A DNA stretch of 64,000 bases. Origin: Camelus ferus (taxonomy: Eukaryota). Both the position numbers and the translations under genes were made by a program. Location of the stretch: positions 85,934,001-85,998,000 of the forward strand of contig NC_045696.1 in assembly GCF_009834535.1 (NCBI RefSeq). Direction: 5' to 3'. The notes under the pieces are model-generated. The model had not been told where the DNA came from and searched no databases. It saw only the letters and a list, made by a program, of their open reading frames with translations. Positions 38,154 to 51,271 of the stretch are shown one piece after another. Position 1 is the stretch's first letter. The number at the start of each line of letters is the position of its first letter.

Positions 38154-40539
38154 TCATGCTTCCAGGGTGGGATAAAGGCAGAGTTGCTGCTATTCAAGGT
38201 ACCGAGGGATTTTGGGCAGAAGAGGGCGTCATCGGTGATCCCAGTAGAATGAGAACTGAAAGGCGATTTTCTATTTTGGAAGCACAATTTACGCCTCCAA
38301 AATTCTTGCACAACCTCAAGAATTAGGAGAGGGCTCCAGTAATTGTGAGCTGGGCTTAAATTTAAACAAAACAAGGAAATATTATCTTTTGCATGTCTGA
38401 ATTTAAGAACTAAGATTTATTTCTACTGCCCCAAGGCAAAGCATGAACTGAGTTTAATCAGTACTTTTCATCTCCTTTGTGCTTGTAAATCACTTGTCAA
38501 GGACTTTTATACTTATATTATATGATCCACAAATCCTACCTGGTTCTACCATCCTCACTTTATAAGCCCTTCTGTATTCTTCCTAGAAGCTTCATTCTCT
38601 GAACATCACCAACATGTAAAGTTTGTTCTCTGGTATTTGTTAAATAAGTTCAACTAATCTATTTTGATCACCTAGTATGTTAAATAAGTTCCTCTAGTTC
38701 TTTTGTGTGGTAGCTTTTACTTGTCTTATTCATTCTATAAGTGAAATGTTTGTGTCTAGTGTATATGATGAAACTTAAACTCAGATAAAGATGAATCCTA
38801 TTCAGGATGCTACAGTTAGTAAGGGGAGCAGGGCTTCAAATTTATGTCTCTTTCTCTACCATTCTAAGATCTGACTACTTGCTCAAGCGTCAGTTGGAAA
38901 GTAACTATTTAACAAGAAAGGCATATTGAAAAAGCAATTGTGGGCTGCCAACTGCATTATCCTTGCCTGTGGTCTTTTCATTTTAACAAGGAATAAGGCC
39001 TTGAATTAAAGGAATTAAAGTCCAACAATAGAAAATCCACTTAGGCAGCTGAAAGTAGTAGTGTCATCCATGCATCATCCCTACTGCAACATCATGCTAT
39101 GTAGAAATCACATCTAGTGAAATGGACTTGAAATCATTTTTCTTTGCTATCTCCTTTTTCCTGGGGCAATACTTCTTTTAACTTGGGTTCACATTGTTAT
39201 TACTGCACCTCTTGTATCATGCTTTCTTCATCTCTCCTTCTTCCTTATGCACCTCTGTCTAGTTAAGCCTTAATGCATAAGCAGAAGGAAAGTCAGCCCA
39301 GGCATCGTCCTTAGAACCTAAGGAAGAGGATGCTATATATAGTCTGCCTCTCAAGCACTGGCCTTTGGGTTAAGACTTGTCATGTTCTAGTGGGCTGGTT
39401 CTGAGATACTTGATATAACCCCTAATAATGCTGGTGGTTTTCCTGAAATAAATAACAATAATGAAATATTAATGGTTTCAAGCTAAAATGAGTAGTCTAA
39501 TTTTAAATTTCTTAATATTTTTAACTATCTTAAAATTGTAGTTTCAGTAAACTTCATTAATGGAATAAGCCCTGCTTTTAGTTTGAATTACATTTGGATA
39601 AAAGCTGCCACTTTGGTATTGAAGAAGTAAATCATTAAAAGTTACTGGACTGGTTCTTTTAAAATTGGGGAGAAATTAGAAAGAATTCCTGTTGTCAAAG
39701 TACAAACATTCAGGTTTTGAACTTTAAACTTTAAAGCAAAATAAGCTATTTTTAAGAGAAAAGGAGGAGTGGAAACAATTGCATTGTAAGATGCAAGTGA
39801 AATGGAGCTTTACAAGAACAAAGCTGATGAAATATAGCATTTCCAATTTGCTTGAATAATTAAATAGCCCTTTTCTTAAACTTGACATTATTTCTCTAAT
39901 GTTGACTATTTTGAATGTTAACTTGGGTGACTTGACTATTGTACTCTGTATTTCCAAAGCTGCTTGTGGTGTCTCCTAGGAAGACAATATTTTAAACAGC
40001 ATTGGCTCAGCACAGTTACAAAAGTCAAATGCCCTCTGATAATCAGAATATGTCCTTTAAAGGACGTTAGTTCCCAGCTGGTAATTTTACTATGAAACTT
40101 TTAGCAGTGTGATATCCTCAGAGAGTTGTGTGATGTATCATTAGATATTGGGAACCATTATTTCTTTATGGAATATTTGAACCCAGACTTTATTCTTGAA
40201 TAACGTCTATCAGCAGTTAAAGAAATATTAGACTAGGATGTTCTGAATTTGTATTTTGGATACACAATATATTAAATTTTAAAGATAGAATTAAGAAAAA
40301 TGTATTTGTGGCTTCTTGAATCTCAAAGTTGACGCTGATAAAAGTGAGGAAGTGATTACTGTTGTATAATTTTAAGCTTCTATTGACACAAAACTGCCTT
40401 ATTCTTTTTCCTTACACTATTTTTCAAAGTAACTAATACAAAATTTAATAATGTTAGCATTCAAACTCAATCAAGACAGCCATTTAAATATTGCTCATCT
40501 CAGAAAATGTACACAGATGGTTGAGCTAAAATCCTAAAT

Positions 40540-41445
40540 GTTCTTGTAGGTTCCTGTCTTTAACTAGTCTTCTGGCTTCTATTCTTTTGTCCCTTGTTAT
40601 CCATTCTCCAGCAGTCAGAATGGTTTTTAAAAAACTCCAACCAAATCATGTTACTTCCATGTTAAAATCCTCAGGTGACTCCAGCTGTATTTAAATATCG
40701 TTAAAACTCTTTACCTTGAATTTCAAGGCCCTGCATGATTTGCTTCCCTTCCTAACCTCTTTATTTGGGGAGGGGAGAGGGAGGACCAAATTGGTTTATT
40801 TTATTATTTTTTAAAACTTAATTTCATTGTGGAAAGAACACAACATGAGATCTTTTCTTTTAAGAAATGTTTAAATGTGCAATAGGTTGACTGTGGATAC
40901 AGTGTTATACAGAAAGTATCAAGAGTTTATTCATCTTGCTTAAAGGCAACGTTATGCTCCTTGACTAGTAACTTCCATTCTTACAACACTAGCCCTGCGC
41001 CTTTCCTGTGGTGAAGCTAGACTTCACTTTGTTTTGTGCCTGAAAAGCCCTAAGCTTGTCTTAAATTTAAGGCCTTTGGATTTGTTGTGCCTCATCCCTG
41101 TCATGTCTTTCTTTGCCTTAGATCTTAGCATGGTTACATCCCACTTGTAGGATGTCCAGTTTAAATGTCACTTTCTCAGAGAGACCTCTCCTGCCCAGGT
41201 AACATTCACTTCTTCATCATATTACTCTATTTACTTTCTTCCTATCTTGTTTGTTTATTCATTCATTCATTTGCTCATTCATTTATTTTACTTCTCAGGT
41301 TCTCCATTAGTATAGTATATAGGTGCCAAGAAAGCAGGAAACTGTCTTTCAAGTTCACAGTTACATCCCTGATGCCAAAAATCTTAATGGTACACAGCAT
41401 GTATTTAATAAATATTTAGTGATTGAATGATAAAATGGATAAGTA
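40540..41445 (+). mobile_element. L2 3' fragment with a small antisense L1 3'-end piece at ~40800-40995
   Basis: 'tccattctccagcagtcagaatgg', 'aaatgtcactttctcagagagacct', tail 'taataaatatttagtgattgaatga'. Confidence 0.8.
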
Positions 41446-44400
41446 AATGACAGTAATTATAAGTCTTTATAATGTAGAAGCAAACTGTTTAAGTTTTACT
41501 CTCTAAAATAAATATTTTGAAGTAAATTCTATAAGAAACTTTATGCAATATTATACTTCAAAAACCAAATATGAGCATCTTGTTTGGCAAATTAAAAATC
41601 AATGTGAAATGGCAAGCTGATGAAACATTTGTAAGTCAAAAGAGAAACAAATTCTATATCTATATATCAAATTTTTATGTATGTGAGATATATATATCTT
41701 CCTTTACATTTTCAAAAATGATTAAAGATAAAAGATTAAATAGATTAAACATGTAAGATATAAAATGAGCTTTAATTCAAAAAATACTTTTTCTGACTGT
41801 TTTCATGGAAGTCAATACTATATGCTTTCTCTCTCTCTTTAAAAAAAAACATTGAAGACAACTGTGTCCACGTAATGTTAATTCCTCCTTCAGCTTTTAA
41901 CTTAGCTTTTCTTTATTATATAATCCAACATTGTTAGGATAAACATTAAGAGGAGTTAAAATAATATAGATCTTTGGAGCCGTTAACATATATTTTAACT
42001 ATTGAAATAAGTGATTTTTAACACAATGTAAATAATAAGTGTGCAAATAGTCAATACCTATCAAAAGTATAAATACTTCTAGGAATCCTGAGAATCTTGA
42101 TTGAGTCAAGACAATTCCATTGTTTGGGTGGCAGATATAAACCCACCATTTGTTAGTTTGAGCTTATGCTTAGTACTTCCTTTTTACCTGTGAGCAGAAG
42201 AAGAATTGACCTTTTAACAGTCAACCTCATTATCCATGTATAAAACATTTCTATGGGCAGAGTTTCTCACTGATAGTGACTTAGGTGCTTAGAAAGCCTA
42301 TTAACTCTAAACCAATAGGGTACCACTTAATGAACTACAGCAATAACACTCTAAGTGGTTCCCTTGTGGACTGAAGAGATTTGCTGCTCTAGATACCTAA
42401 ATACTACCAGGGAGGAATTTGGATACTTGGAAGAATACAGGCCATGGAAATTGCATCTACATAAGCAATGCAAAGTCAAGACTTCAGGCAATTTTCCAGA
42501 TCATTCAGAGTAAAAGAAAAATATTTAGTAATTGAGGAAAACAGTTCCTCATTAAGAATTTCTTAAGGGGACTGATCTGTGGTCCTTATTTTCCTAGTGC
42601 ATTGAAGTATATAAAGACAAAGTAAACTCTCAATAAACATTTGTTCAATAATGTGAATAATTGCATCAGGTATTCATTTCATTTGATTTTTATAGATCAA
42701 GACTTGTTAACTCTTCTATTTTTCTTTTTTTATAAATAAGAAGCTATAAAGGATTTATTGTTACTTTCTATATATCCTGCATATTATTAGAAGGATGTAT
42801 GTATTTTGGCCATTAGGTATTCAATTTTATAAATCAGTAAATCATGACAATTTTTGTGTTATACATAAAGTTGTTTGGCTTAATCTCACTTCACTTTTCC
42901 TATGAGTGTTTTGTGGAAGATTTATATAGTGAAAAACAAAATAAATTAAGCATGTTTTGAAAAATCTGCAGTTTCATCAGAGACAATCTACATCCTGAGT
43001 TTTACAACACAGTGTTTTGAATTACTCTCCTAGGCATAAGAAGCATATTACTCAAAAGTTTTTTTTTCCACATGAAAAAAATCAGTTTTGTTTTGTTTTT
43101 CTTTTGTAAAAGCTTTTTTTTATTCAAGGAATTATTTTACTTCTAAGGTCAGAGATTTGATGAGCAAAGTCTAAGTTCATACTATTGTTTTATTTGCTTA
43201 TTTTTCCATGTAATTTTATTGTAAACTTCTCTCCTCTATATCATCCTAAAGAGTCCTATATATTAGCCTTTCTCATATAACTTTATTGTTACTTTGATAA
43301 TTCAATCTGTGTTTCTCTTTTGCTGATTTTAAATGAGGAAAAAAAAAACTGGAAGCACTTCTCCATTAAATAATCAGAATTCTGTGAAAAATCTATTTTA
43401 GTTAATTTTCTAGAATATGCAATCATTAATGTTATTGCTTTAGCTACAGAATTATAGGACTGATGTCTTCAAATAGCTAATGATAACCCTTGATTCTTTT
43501 CTGTTGGTATAAATTAAAAGATCATCTCATCCTACAAATGTAATTTGAATTATTATTTTCCTAAATGCCTTACCTGGACGAAGTAATCTAAGAACTGTGT
43601 CTACTAAGAGGACTGTCAGTTTTTTTTTTCTTTCATTTTGTCTTAATAAAATTCCCCTTGTTATCCAAGAAAAGCATGATATCTCAAATCTTAAAATACT
43701 TTCAGAAAGTTTTTGTAAATACTAACTGCTGTGTTTAAAAGTATATATTTTGGTGTAATAGCATATATATATATGCTGTTGTCAACAGAAGTATAGTGCC
43801 CAACTCAATGGCATTGGTATTACAAAACAAAATATTTTAGAAGAAATTCATTGGATGCTTTCTGAAAGTATTAAAACTCTAAATAAGTAAATTTCTTATA
43901 ATGTAGCTCTTTTGCTTATGTTCTTATTAACACTCTAAAAGAAATCTAGCAAATAATTTTGCTAGATTGTTACAATTTTGGAAAATATGGTCTCCCTACA
44001 CTGGTGTGTAAATTAATGTATGTCAAATGAATTAATCTGCATGTTAGTATTTTTTTTTTGTATTAATGAAGTTCTCAGGCTATTTCAATATGTATTTCTT
44101 AACTAACATGAAACAAAATTTTAAAAAAACATTAACATGGTGCTGCTGAGAGGTTATGAATATGCACCTATATTTCCAGAGATACCCTGATTATTATTTC
44201 AGGCAGTCAGTATACTGAAGTAAAGACTTATATATTATCAGTTTGTACATATGGGACTATAACTATAATCCTTATTAGAAAACTTTTTGTAGAGTTAGAG
44301 TATGAGGCAATCTTTTGTGTCTTGCTTTAAAATGAAACTGATGGGTACAGGTCCAAGGGCTAAGATTCTTGTTTGAAACTACTTTTGTGTCTCTAACACA

Positions 44401-44834
44401 CAAACAGGTGTGTACTCAAAGGTAGCACAAGTATGTAGTATCTAGTGTCCTTTATATAAAATAAACCATTCTCAAAAACATTCGTAAATTGGGTCAAATT
44501 TATTTGAAAATTTAAAAGCAGTATACAATATGTAAGATGAAATTGAACACTGGATATATTTGTAAACACAAATGTGATCATACTTTAAGGTATATTAATA
44601 TTCATTTTAGAAGTACTCGATACTGATGATGTATTTTAAATGTATTGTTGGGATGAGGCAAGTAATTTTACTCATAAGTAAATGTACTTTTGGTAATATA
44701 CGTAACCTATGACTTAATAGGTTTAAACATTCATATAAATATATAGAATTCTTCAAAGAGCAAGAACTCCAGAATTACTGGTCTCCGACATTTACTTTTC
44801 AGACTTCTTAATTTCTGAAATATCTTTTCTTTAG

Positions 44835-44989
44835 AATCGTGTTGCCATGGTGATGCTTCATATAATTTTGGACACAAAGGATTTAAGATGCATTCATTTC
44901 AGTGGAATTGTAAAATTACTTATAATGTGGTTGGAATCTGGAAACTGTTTGATGGACCTCAGCCAATACTCTTCATCTTTTATAACAAG
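44835..44989 (+). other. Candidate exon (155 nt) of an unidentified transcript
   Basis: Acceptor 'tatcttttctttag|', donor 'AAG|gtaaga'; two frames open across it; Kozak-like GCCATGG; repeat-poor surroundings. Confidence 0.45.
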
Positions 44990-47129
44990 GTAAGATGTTG
45001 TAATCTATTTTTAAAAGAAGATATTTATATAAGAACTGGTTTTAGGTTTAGATGCCATTGATTTCAGTATGAAACTGTTAGGTCCAAATGTGACATTGTT
45101 ATACAATAATGCAGCTCAAAAAGTGTGTCATGACTTTATGTGGGGGAAAAAAATTAATACAATTTAGCCTTAGTCTAACCTTTGCTTTGGATACAATTTC
45201 AGACCTTTAACCATTTTGTAATATCATATGTAAAATTTTCCATAGATATCTCAAAGCACAAAAACCTTAACTTAAATTAGAATGAAGACATTTATGGTTT
45301 AACTTTGAAATATGAAGTTGGGGCCAATCTTCTGCCTTATCACTTTTCCTAACTTTGTATAAAGCTACTTGGAATGAAAAAAGAATCTCATTCTGTGCCA
45401 TGTGAGTAAAGCCAAAAACATCCAAAATTGCAAGAATTCTTCTCCTTTAGAGACAATAGGAGTCTCTAGCAAATTGCAACTACCATTTTTAAAAAAGACC
45501 AGGAGTAATCAAGTATTTTGCAGTTTTTTGTTTGTTTTTAAGTATGTTGAATTTGGATGATAAGTAAATGTTGTGATTCATAGGTAGACATTAAATAAAT
45601 GATAGTTTTTCTTTAATAATATATTTATATTGAATTGTTTAATTTAAAATAATCTGTTTAGTGAAATTATTTTTTTTCTATTTTAATTACTTTGCTTTAT
45701 TTCATGAAGCACGTTTATTTCTGTTAGGCACATACATTTATGTGAAATATAAACAGATAACATTTAATTAACTGGTTGTTACCACACTCATCAAATCCAG
45801 GACCTATGTCTAAATCAAGACTTAATTTATTTCCTCTTCTTCCTCTTTAATCAAAACTTAATTTATCAGACTGTAAATGTTTAATATATGCTCTCTTCTT
45901 TCTAGAAGGGAGGTCATTCCTAAGCAAACTCTTAAATTAATACATGATATAATGCTAATTTTCCAAGATGACTTTCTTTTGAATTGCACATGCTAATTTG
46001 AAAATTTTTCTATTTTTTCATTACAAAAATCTCTCAAGAGAGGTGAAATAACACAGAGCTTACTGGCAAATCTGAATTAATTATGAAGAAGAAAGATGAA
46101 TATGATAGAAAAATAAAGAGTCTGTAAAATCTATTTTTTTCCAAATACCAAGCATTACTAAGCAATTGTATTGAATAACATTTTCTGTATATTCCATTAA
46201 AATGTCAAAGAAAAAAAAAGTGTAAATGTAGTGATAAAAAAAAAATAGGGCTTAGGCCTCTGTTTTCAGTAGTAATAGAAACTTCTTTTCTCCTACAAAC
46301 TTTAAATGATTTTTTACCATAAGAAGCTTCAAAAGTCTTGAATTTTGAATAAATAAGAAAATACCAGTTAAGTCAGAGTTTGTATTTGCCCAAATGTTCC
46401 TTCTTAAATTATTGCAAGCAGTATCTCATACTTGCCTGCTGCATCTCTCAAAAATGTAACCCCACCCCGAAAAAAATCTATCCAAAAAGTTTCTTTGAAC
46501 TTCATAAGTTGAGTGATTTCTTATATAACTGCAATAAACCTCTGGGAAAGAACCTGTTAGAGCACTGTGTCAGCAATTTTAGCTCATTGCACAGGGCTTG
46601 TTCCCTTTTCCACATAACTATTTAATGAATTCAGATTGTATAATGCTGTAGCTGATAGGTGCCTTAAGCCTTTTGGGAAGGGGGTGGCTTTTTAAAAATT
46701 AAGATGACCGATCACTTTAGGAAGAAAATTTTAATGAAGAAAATAACTCAAATGATGCTGAGTGGTGTTTGCCTCCTGTCATTTCCCTGGGATCCACACT
46801 AAATGTTGTCTGTCTAGAATGTATTTATAGATTCTAAAGTCCACTTGAAAAGTTTTACAAGCGTGCTTGTCAGTTGTTGGTCATGGAGAATCAAAGTTCT
46901 TTATCAGCGTATGCTGAAAAGGAGAAATGGACCCATGGGAATGGCCCAGCACAGTTTTCTGTTTGTTATCATTGTTGTTCAGTATTCAGCAGAGTATGAC
47001 CCTAAGAAAAGAGAAGAAAATTTGACAATTGTAATTGAGCATGCAAACATGCAGAAAAGTGTTCACTGTCTTAGAGTAGGTATAATTTTTTATACAGGAA
47101 GATAAAGGTTTAAGTTATGTGGATTCAAT

Positions 47130-47340
47130 GCAGTAGGAGAAAGACGTGGAATCCAGAGTCCAACATGACTTGATTCTGCTATTTACCGTTTGCCTTTGAC
47201 AAGACATTTTTCTTTTCTGATATTACACTGACTTGGTAAAAATGGGGAAAGAGCTACTGGCTTTCCTCACAGGATCACTCTAATGGTTAAAAGAAGCACG
47301 CATGCAAGAGAAATATTACAAGTTCTTTATTGTGTACATA
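47130..47340 (+). mobile_element. MIR fragment
   Basis: 'ttgattctgctatttacc', 'gtaaaaatggggaaa', 'cctcacaggat'. Confidence 0.65.
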
Positions 47341-47479
47341 TGGCTATTAATACAAGCTATTTCAAATGGAAACTGTTGGGCCCTGGGTACTATTTCCCAC
47401 ATTTAATTCTGGCACATGTGGCATGTAGCTAGCAAATCTTTTTTAAGACTGTGTGTACTCCTATACAACATGCCAATCC

Positions 47480-48110
47480 CCCATCATGTCTCAGCTGAAG
47501 TAACCTTACTAAGTGATCTCCCCCACTCTGGCCCTTCTCCATCCATTCCCTACATGGAAGCCAAGGTGATATTTGCAGATCTTGTGAGGTCAACTTCCCT
47601 GTTTAAAATCTAATATTGCTAAGCATGATCTATAAAGCTGTATGTTATCTGGTCCCAGACTCCTTCTTAAGCTTCATTACATATTACTTCCTTATTTATG
47701 CTTACGTATTACTTCTAGCACAACAGCATTTTTTTTTTTTTTTTTTTTGGTTCTTTGAACACATCATTTGCTCTTCCACCAGTAAGGCAACGCTCCGTTC
47801 TCTGCTAGGCAGACCCTCTCTGCACCCAAGCACTGCCTCCATTTTAATATCCAGCTACTATTCATCTTATAATTTTGCTTGGGTGTTACTTCTTCAGAAA
47901 GGTTTCTCTGACCCACTTATCTAGATTTGTCTAGCTCAGGTCCTTCTTATAATGCACTTACAGAGCCTAGTGACTTTCAACCAGAACATTTATCTTGGTT
48001 TGTCATTATACATTCATTATAATGGTTATTCCACTAATATCTATATCCTTTACCAGACTGTAAACTCTTTGAGAACCAGATTGTACTTTGTGATTACTGA
48101 TAATCTGCAA
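47480..48110 (+). mobile_element. L2 fragment
   Basis: 'cttctccatccattccctacatggaagccaaggtgat', 'ccagactgtaaactctttgagaac'. Confidence 0.7.
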
Positions 48111-49689
48111 AAGATCTGAAAAAATTATAAAGGCACAATGCCTTTATATTTCTATGAAAGACTTCTAAATATTCATGATAATGTTTTATTGACTGATGTT
48201 ATTTGGACAGTTTGCTTGTTTCTTGATGATGAACTTTTTAAATGGATCTATCCATGGGTCAGGCTAGGGGGCACGTGATAGGAGAAACACATGTGTGCAG
48301 TGGCCCAGTGTATCTCTGAGTATAGTGATGTCCAGTAGATAGTCATCCAAGCCACCACAGAATCCCACGAGGAGGGAGCAGCTTGAAGAGGCAAGACGTT
48401 AGGATCCAGTGGTTAGTCTCTTGGTGTTTGACAGATTTAAGAAAAAATAGTGGAGACTAAGCTATGGGGTTAGGTGGGATTCTGATGAAGACCCAGTAAC
48501 TGGAACTGAACTCAATGAAGACATGACATTAGGGAAATACAAGGAATTACCATTTCTATAAACAGACCAGCAATGAAGTGGAATTGACGAAGACTCACCT
48601 GAGCTGTTTAACTAGGGCTTACAAAGGATCCGCCTAATTAGGGATGAGAAGAGTCCCTGAAGCCTAAACATCGCTGCTCCTAAACGAGAAGACAGAGGTA
48701 AATCCATAGAGCAGCAGAGAATAAAGTAAAAGGCGAGAAGCCATGAAGATTTTTACCTCAATCAGAATTTATTTTTAATGTGAAAGCACTTTGAGCAATA
48801 TAAAGTGTGTGTGAATGCTCTGTGTCTGTAGTAGCAGGCTAAGTGACAGCGGGGAGTAGGTGTTAGTAAATGAGGAGAAAATAAGGAAAGATAAATTATT
48901 GTTAGGTGGGAAAAAATTGAAAAAATAATACAAGGGAAAAGGAAGAAGTAAAAATAAATTAAGTTTTTTTCTCTCTTAGGGAATTTGAGATTATTTTGTA
49001 CATGGTAAGGGTTTTTGAAAGCCAGGAACATACAATTGCAGTTAAATCCAGTAAATACCCAGGCATTGGATCATCAGTGAGCCCAGAGTGGAGTTAAGGA
49101 GGTTAAATAACCCTGAGTAGACTGAACTCCTTATTAAGGCAGACACCAAAATAGGAAACAACATTTTATAGGTCAGAGATGCTGGAGGCATGGGAAGAGG
49201 AAAAGAAAACTCTTACCTACTTCTTAAAGCAGTCACTGTGCTAACATGCATTTTCAAGGGTGATGCTCTCCATTAAATGTACTATAATAATTCTATGTCT
49301 GTAGTGCTGTAAGAATGTGTGTGTGAGATTGTGATACGGTCCCCATTCCAGTGAGTATAACAGACATTCCCTGGATAGTACACTACACAAGCTAGAAATG
49401 TCTTAATTCGAGTACTCTTGGCCATAAACAGGAGACATGGAGATTATATAAATAAGAAAATAATAATAATAAGAAAAATTGTGACCTATATGAAGAAAAA
49501 GATAATGAAGTCATCTAAAATTTCTGAGGACATTATGTTAAATTTTAACAAATAATGTATCTTTTTTTTGGAATTCTTTGCTATGTTTTTAAGCAATAAA
49601 TACAAAATGTTCTTCTCTAAAATAATTTTCTTTATATACATCTCACCTACTTATTTTATGATTTATTACTGTACATGTTTACAGACCAC

Positions 49690-50178
49690 CGTAGGCAGGA
49701 TGATAATCCCCAAAGATGTCCACAATCTAATCTGTGAAGTATATTACCTTACACAGCAAAAGGCACTTTGCAGATATTATTAAGTTAAAGTTAAAGACCT
49801 TGAGATGAGAAAGTGTCCTGGACTAGCCGAGTGGATCCAATCTAATTGCACGATTCTCAAAACCAGATACCTATTCTAGATGCAGAGAACCAGCAGATGG
49901 CATTATGAAAAATACTCAACCCACTATTGTTGGCTTTGAAAATAGAGTAATGGGCCACAAGCCAAGGAATGTGTGTAGCATCTGGAAGCTGGAAAAGGCA
50001 AGGATCTGATTCTTTCCCAGAGCCTCCAGAAGATATGCAACCCTGCAAACACTTTGAATTTAAGCCCAGTATGGGCCAAGTCAGACATCTAACCCATAGA
50101 ACTGTAAGATGATAATTTATTGCTTTAGGCCACAGAGTTTGTGGTAATTTTTTACAGTAGTCATAGAGAAATAATACA
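49690..50178 (+). mobile_element. MLT1D MaLR solo LTR
   Basis: 'ccccaaagatgtccac', 'aagccaaggaatg...tctggaagctggaaaaggcaagga', end 'catagagaaataataca'. Confidence 0.92.
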
Positions 50179-51271
50179 TACATGCACAAGAAATATTGAT
50201 TCATATAGAAATTTAAAAGTTGAGAAGAATAAATGATAAAATGAAAGAGAAAATGAAGGTTAATAGATGAACTGAGCAAGAACTTAGAATTCTAATAATT
50301 ACAAAGTGCTATTTTTAGTTCCCTTTGTCATTGAGATTGAGTTAAGCTTAGTTTCTCACTACATTAAAAGTTTATCCTTGACATATAATTCCAAGAATGT
50401 GCAACTCATTCTTTATTCAAAACAGAGTTAACTTCCCAGGGATTCAGTGAATAAAACATATTCTGTTGTTTACTATAAAAGTGGATTATCCATTAGAATG
50501 GTAAATATAAAGAGCTCCATAAAGATTGTACTTTATGTTAGTCCAATTAAAAATTAATTAAACTTTATGATTCTGAAAGCTTTTCATAAATTAAGGTAAG
50601 CAAACTTTCAGAAAAAATACTTACTTCCAAACTTGTATAAATAAAATGATTGAATATGTTTCAGTATGTTGCCAGATTGTGGCAAGTTATCAGTAGGTAC
50701 ACACTCAGACCACATTTCATTTATCATCAAAGTCATATATATTATATAAGGAAGTATGAGGATTGTGGTTATTATCAGCTATTGAGTGTTGATCACTTCC
50801 ACTGTCTGTCATTTCTGCTGCATTAAATCAAACCAAACCAAATCAGATGACAAAGGATTTCATGTTAGCTCACAATGTGCTGAAGTAATAATAATATAAT
50901 TTATCATATTTATTATAGGAGCTTTCTTTTATAGTTAGTAGATTCTTGATGCAGTTTAAGTATACTATTTGAATCAACTCAATAATCACACAGCCCATGT
51001 AAGCTACAAGAAGACGGGCATCTGGTTTCCTCCTTGGTAAATTGAAGAGTATCTGACACTATATGAGTGCTTAATAAATATTTGTTTAATGAATAGAAAA
51101 TTCAATAGGCAGTTTTTGCTATTGTTTTTAAATCATTGCCCATGTTACAGAAAAAAAAAAAAAAAAGACTCGAGTTAAATGTTTAGAGGCTATTCTGCCA
51201 CTGGCAACAGAATGGATTCGTTGAATCCAGTTAATTGATTCCAAGCTGCTAAGCTCTCTACTGAATTTGCT

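Noticed and set aside
37991..38374. 127-aa minus-strand ORF
   Set aside because: Straddles the MLT1E-like LTR end; non-ATG start and no recognisable homology.
49857..50279. Longest ORF in the track (140 aa, minus)
   Set aside because: Mostly antisense MLT1D LTR; no domain or exon structure.
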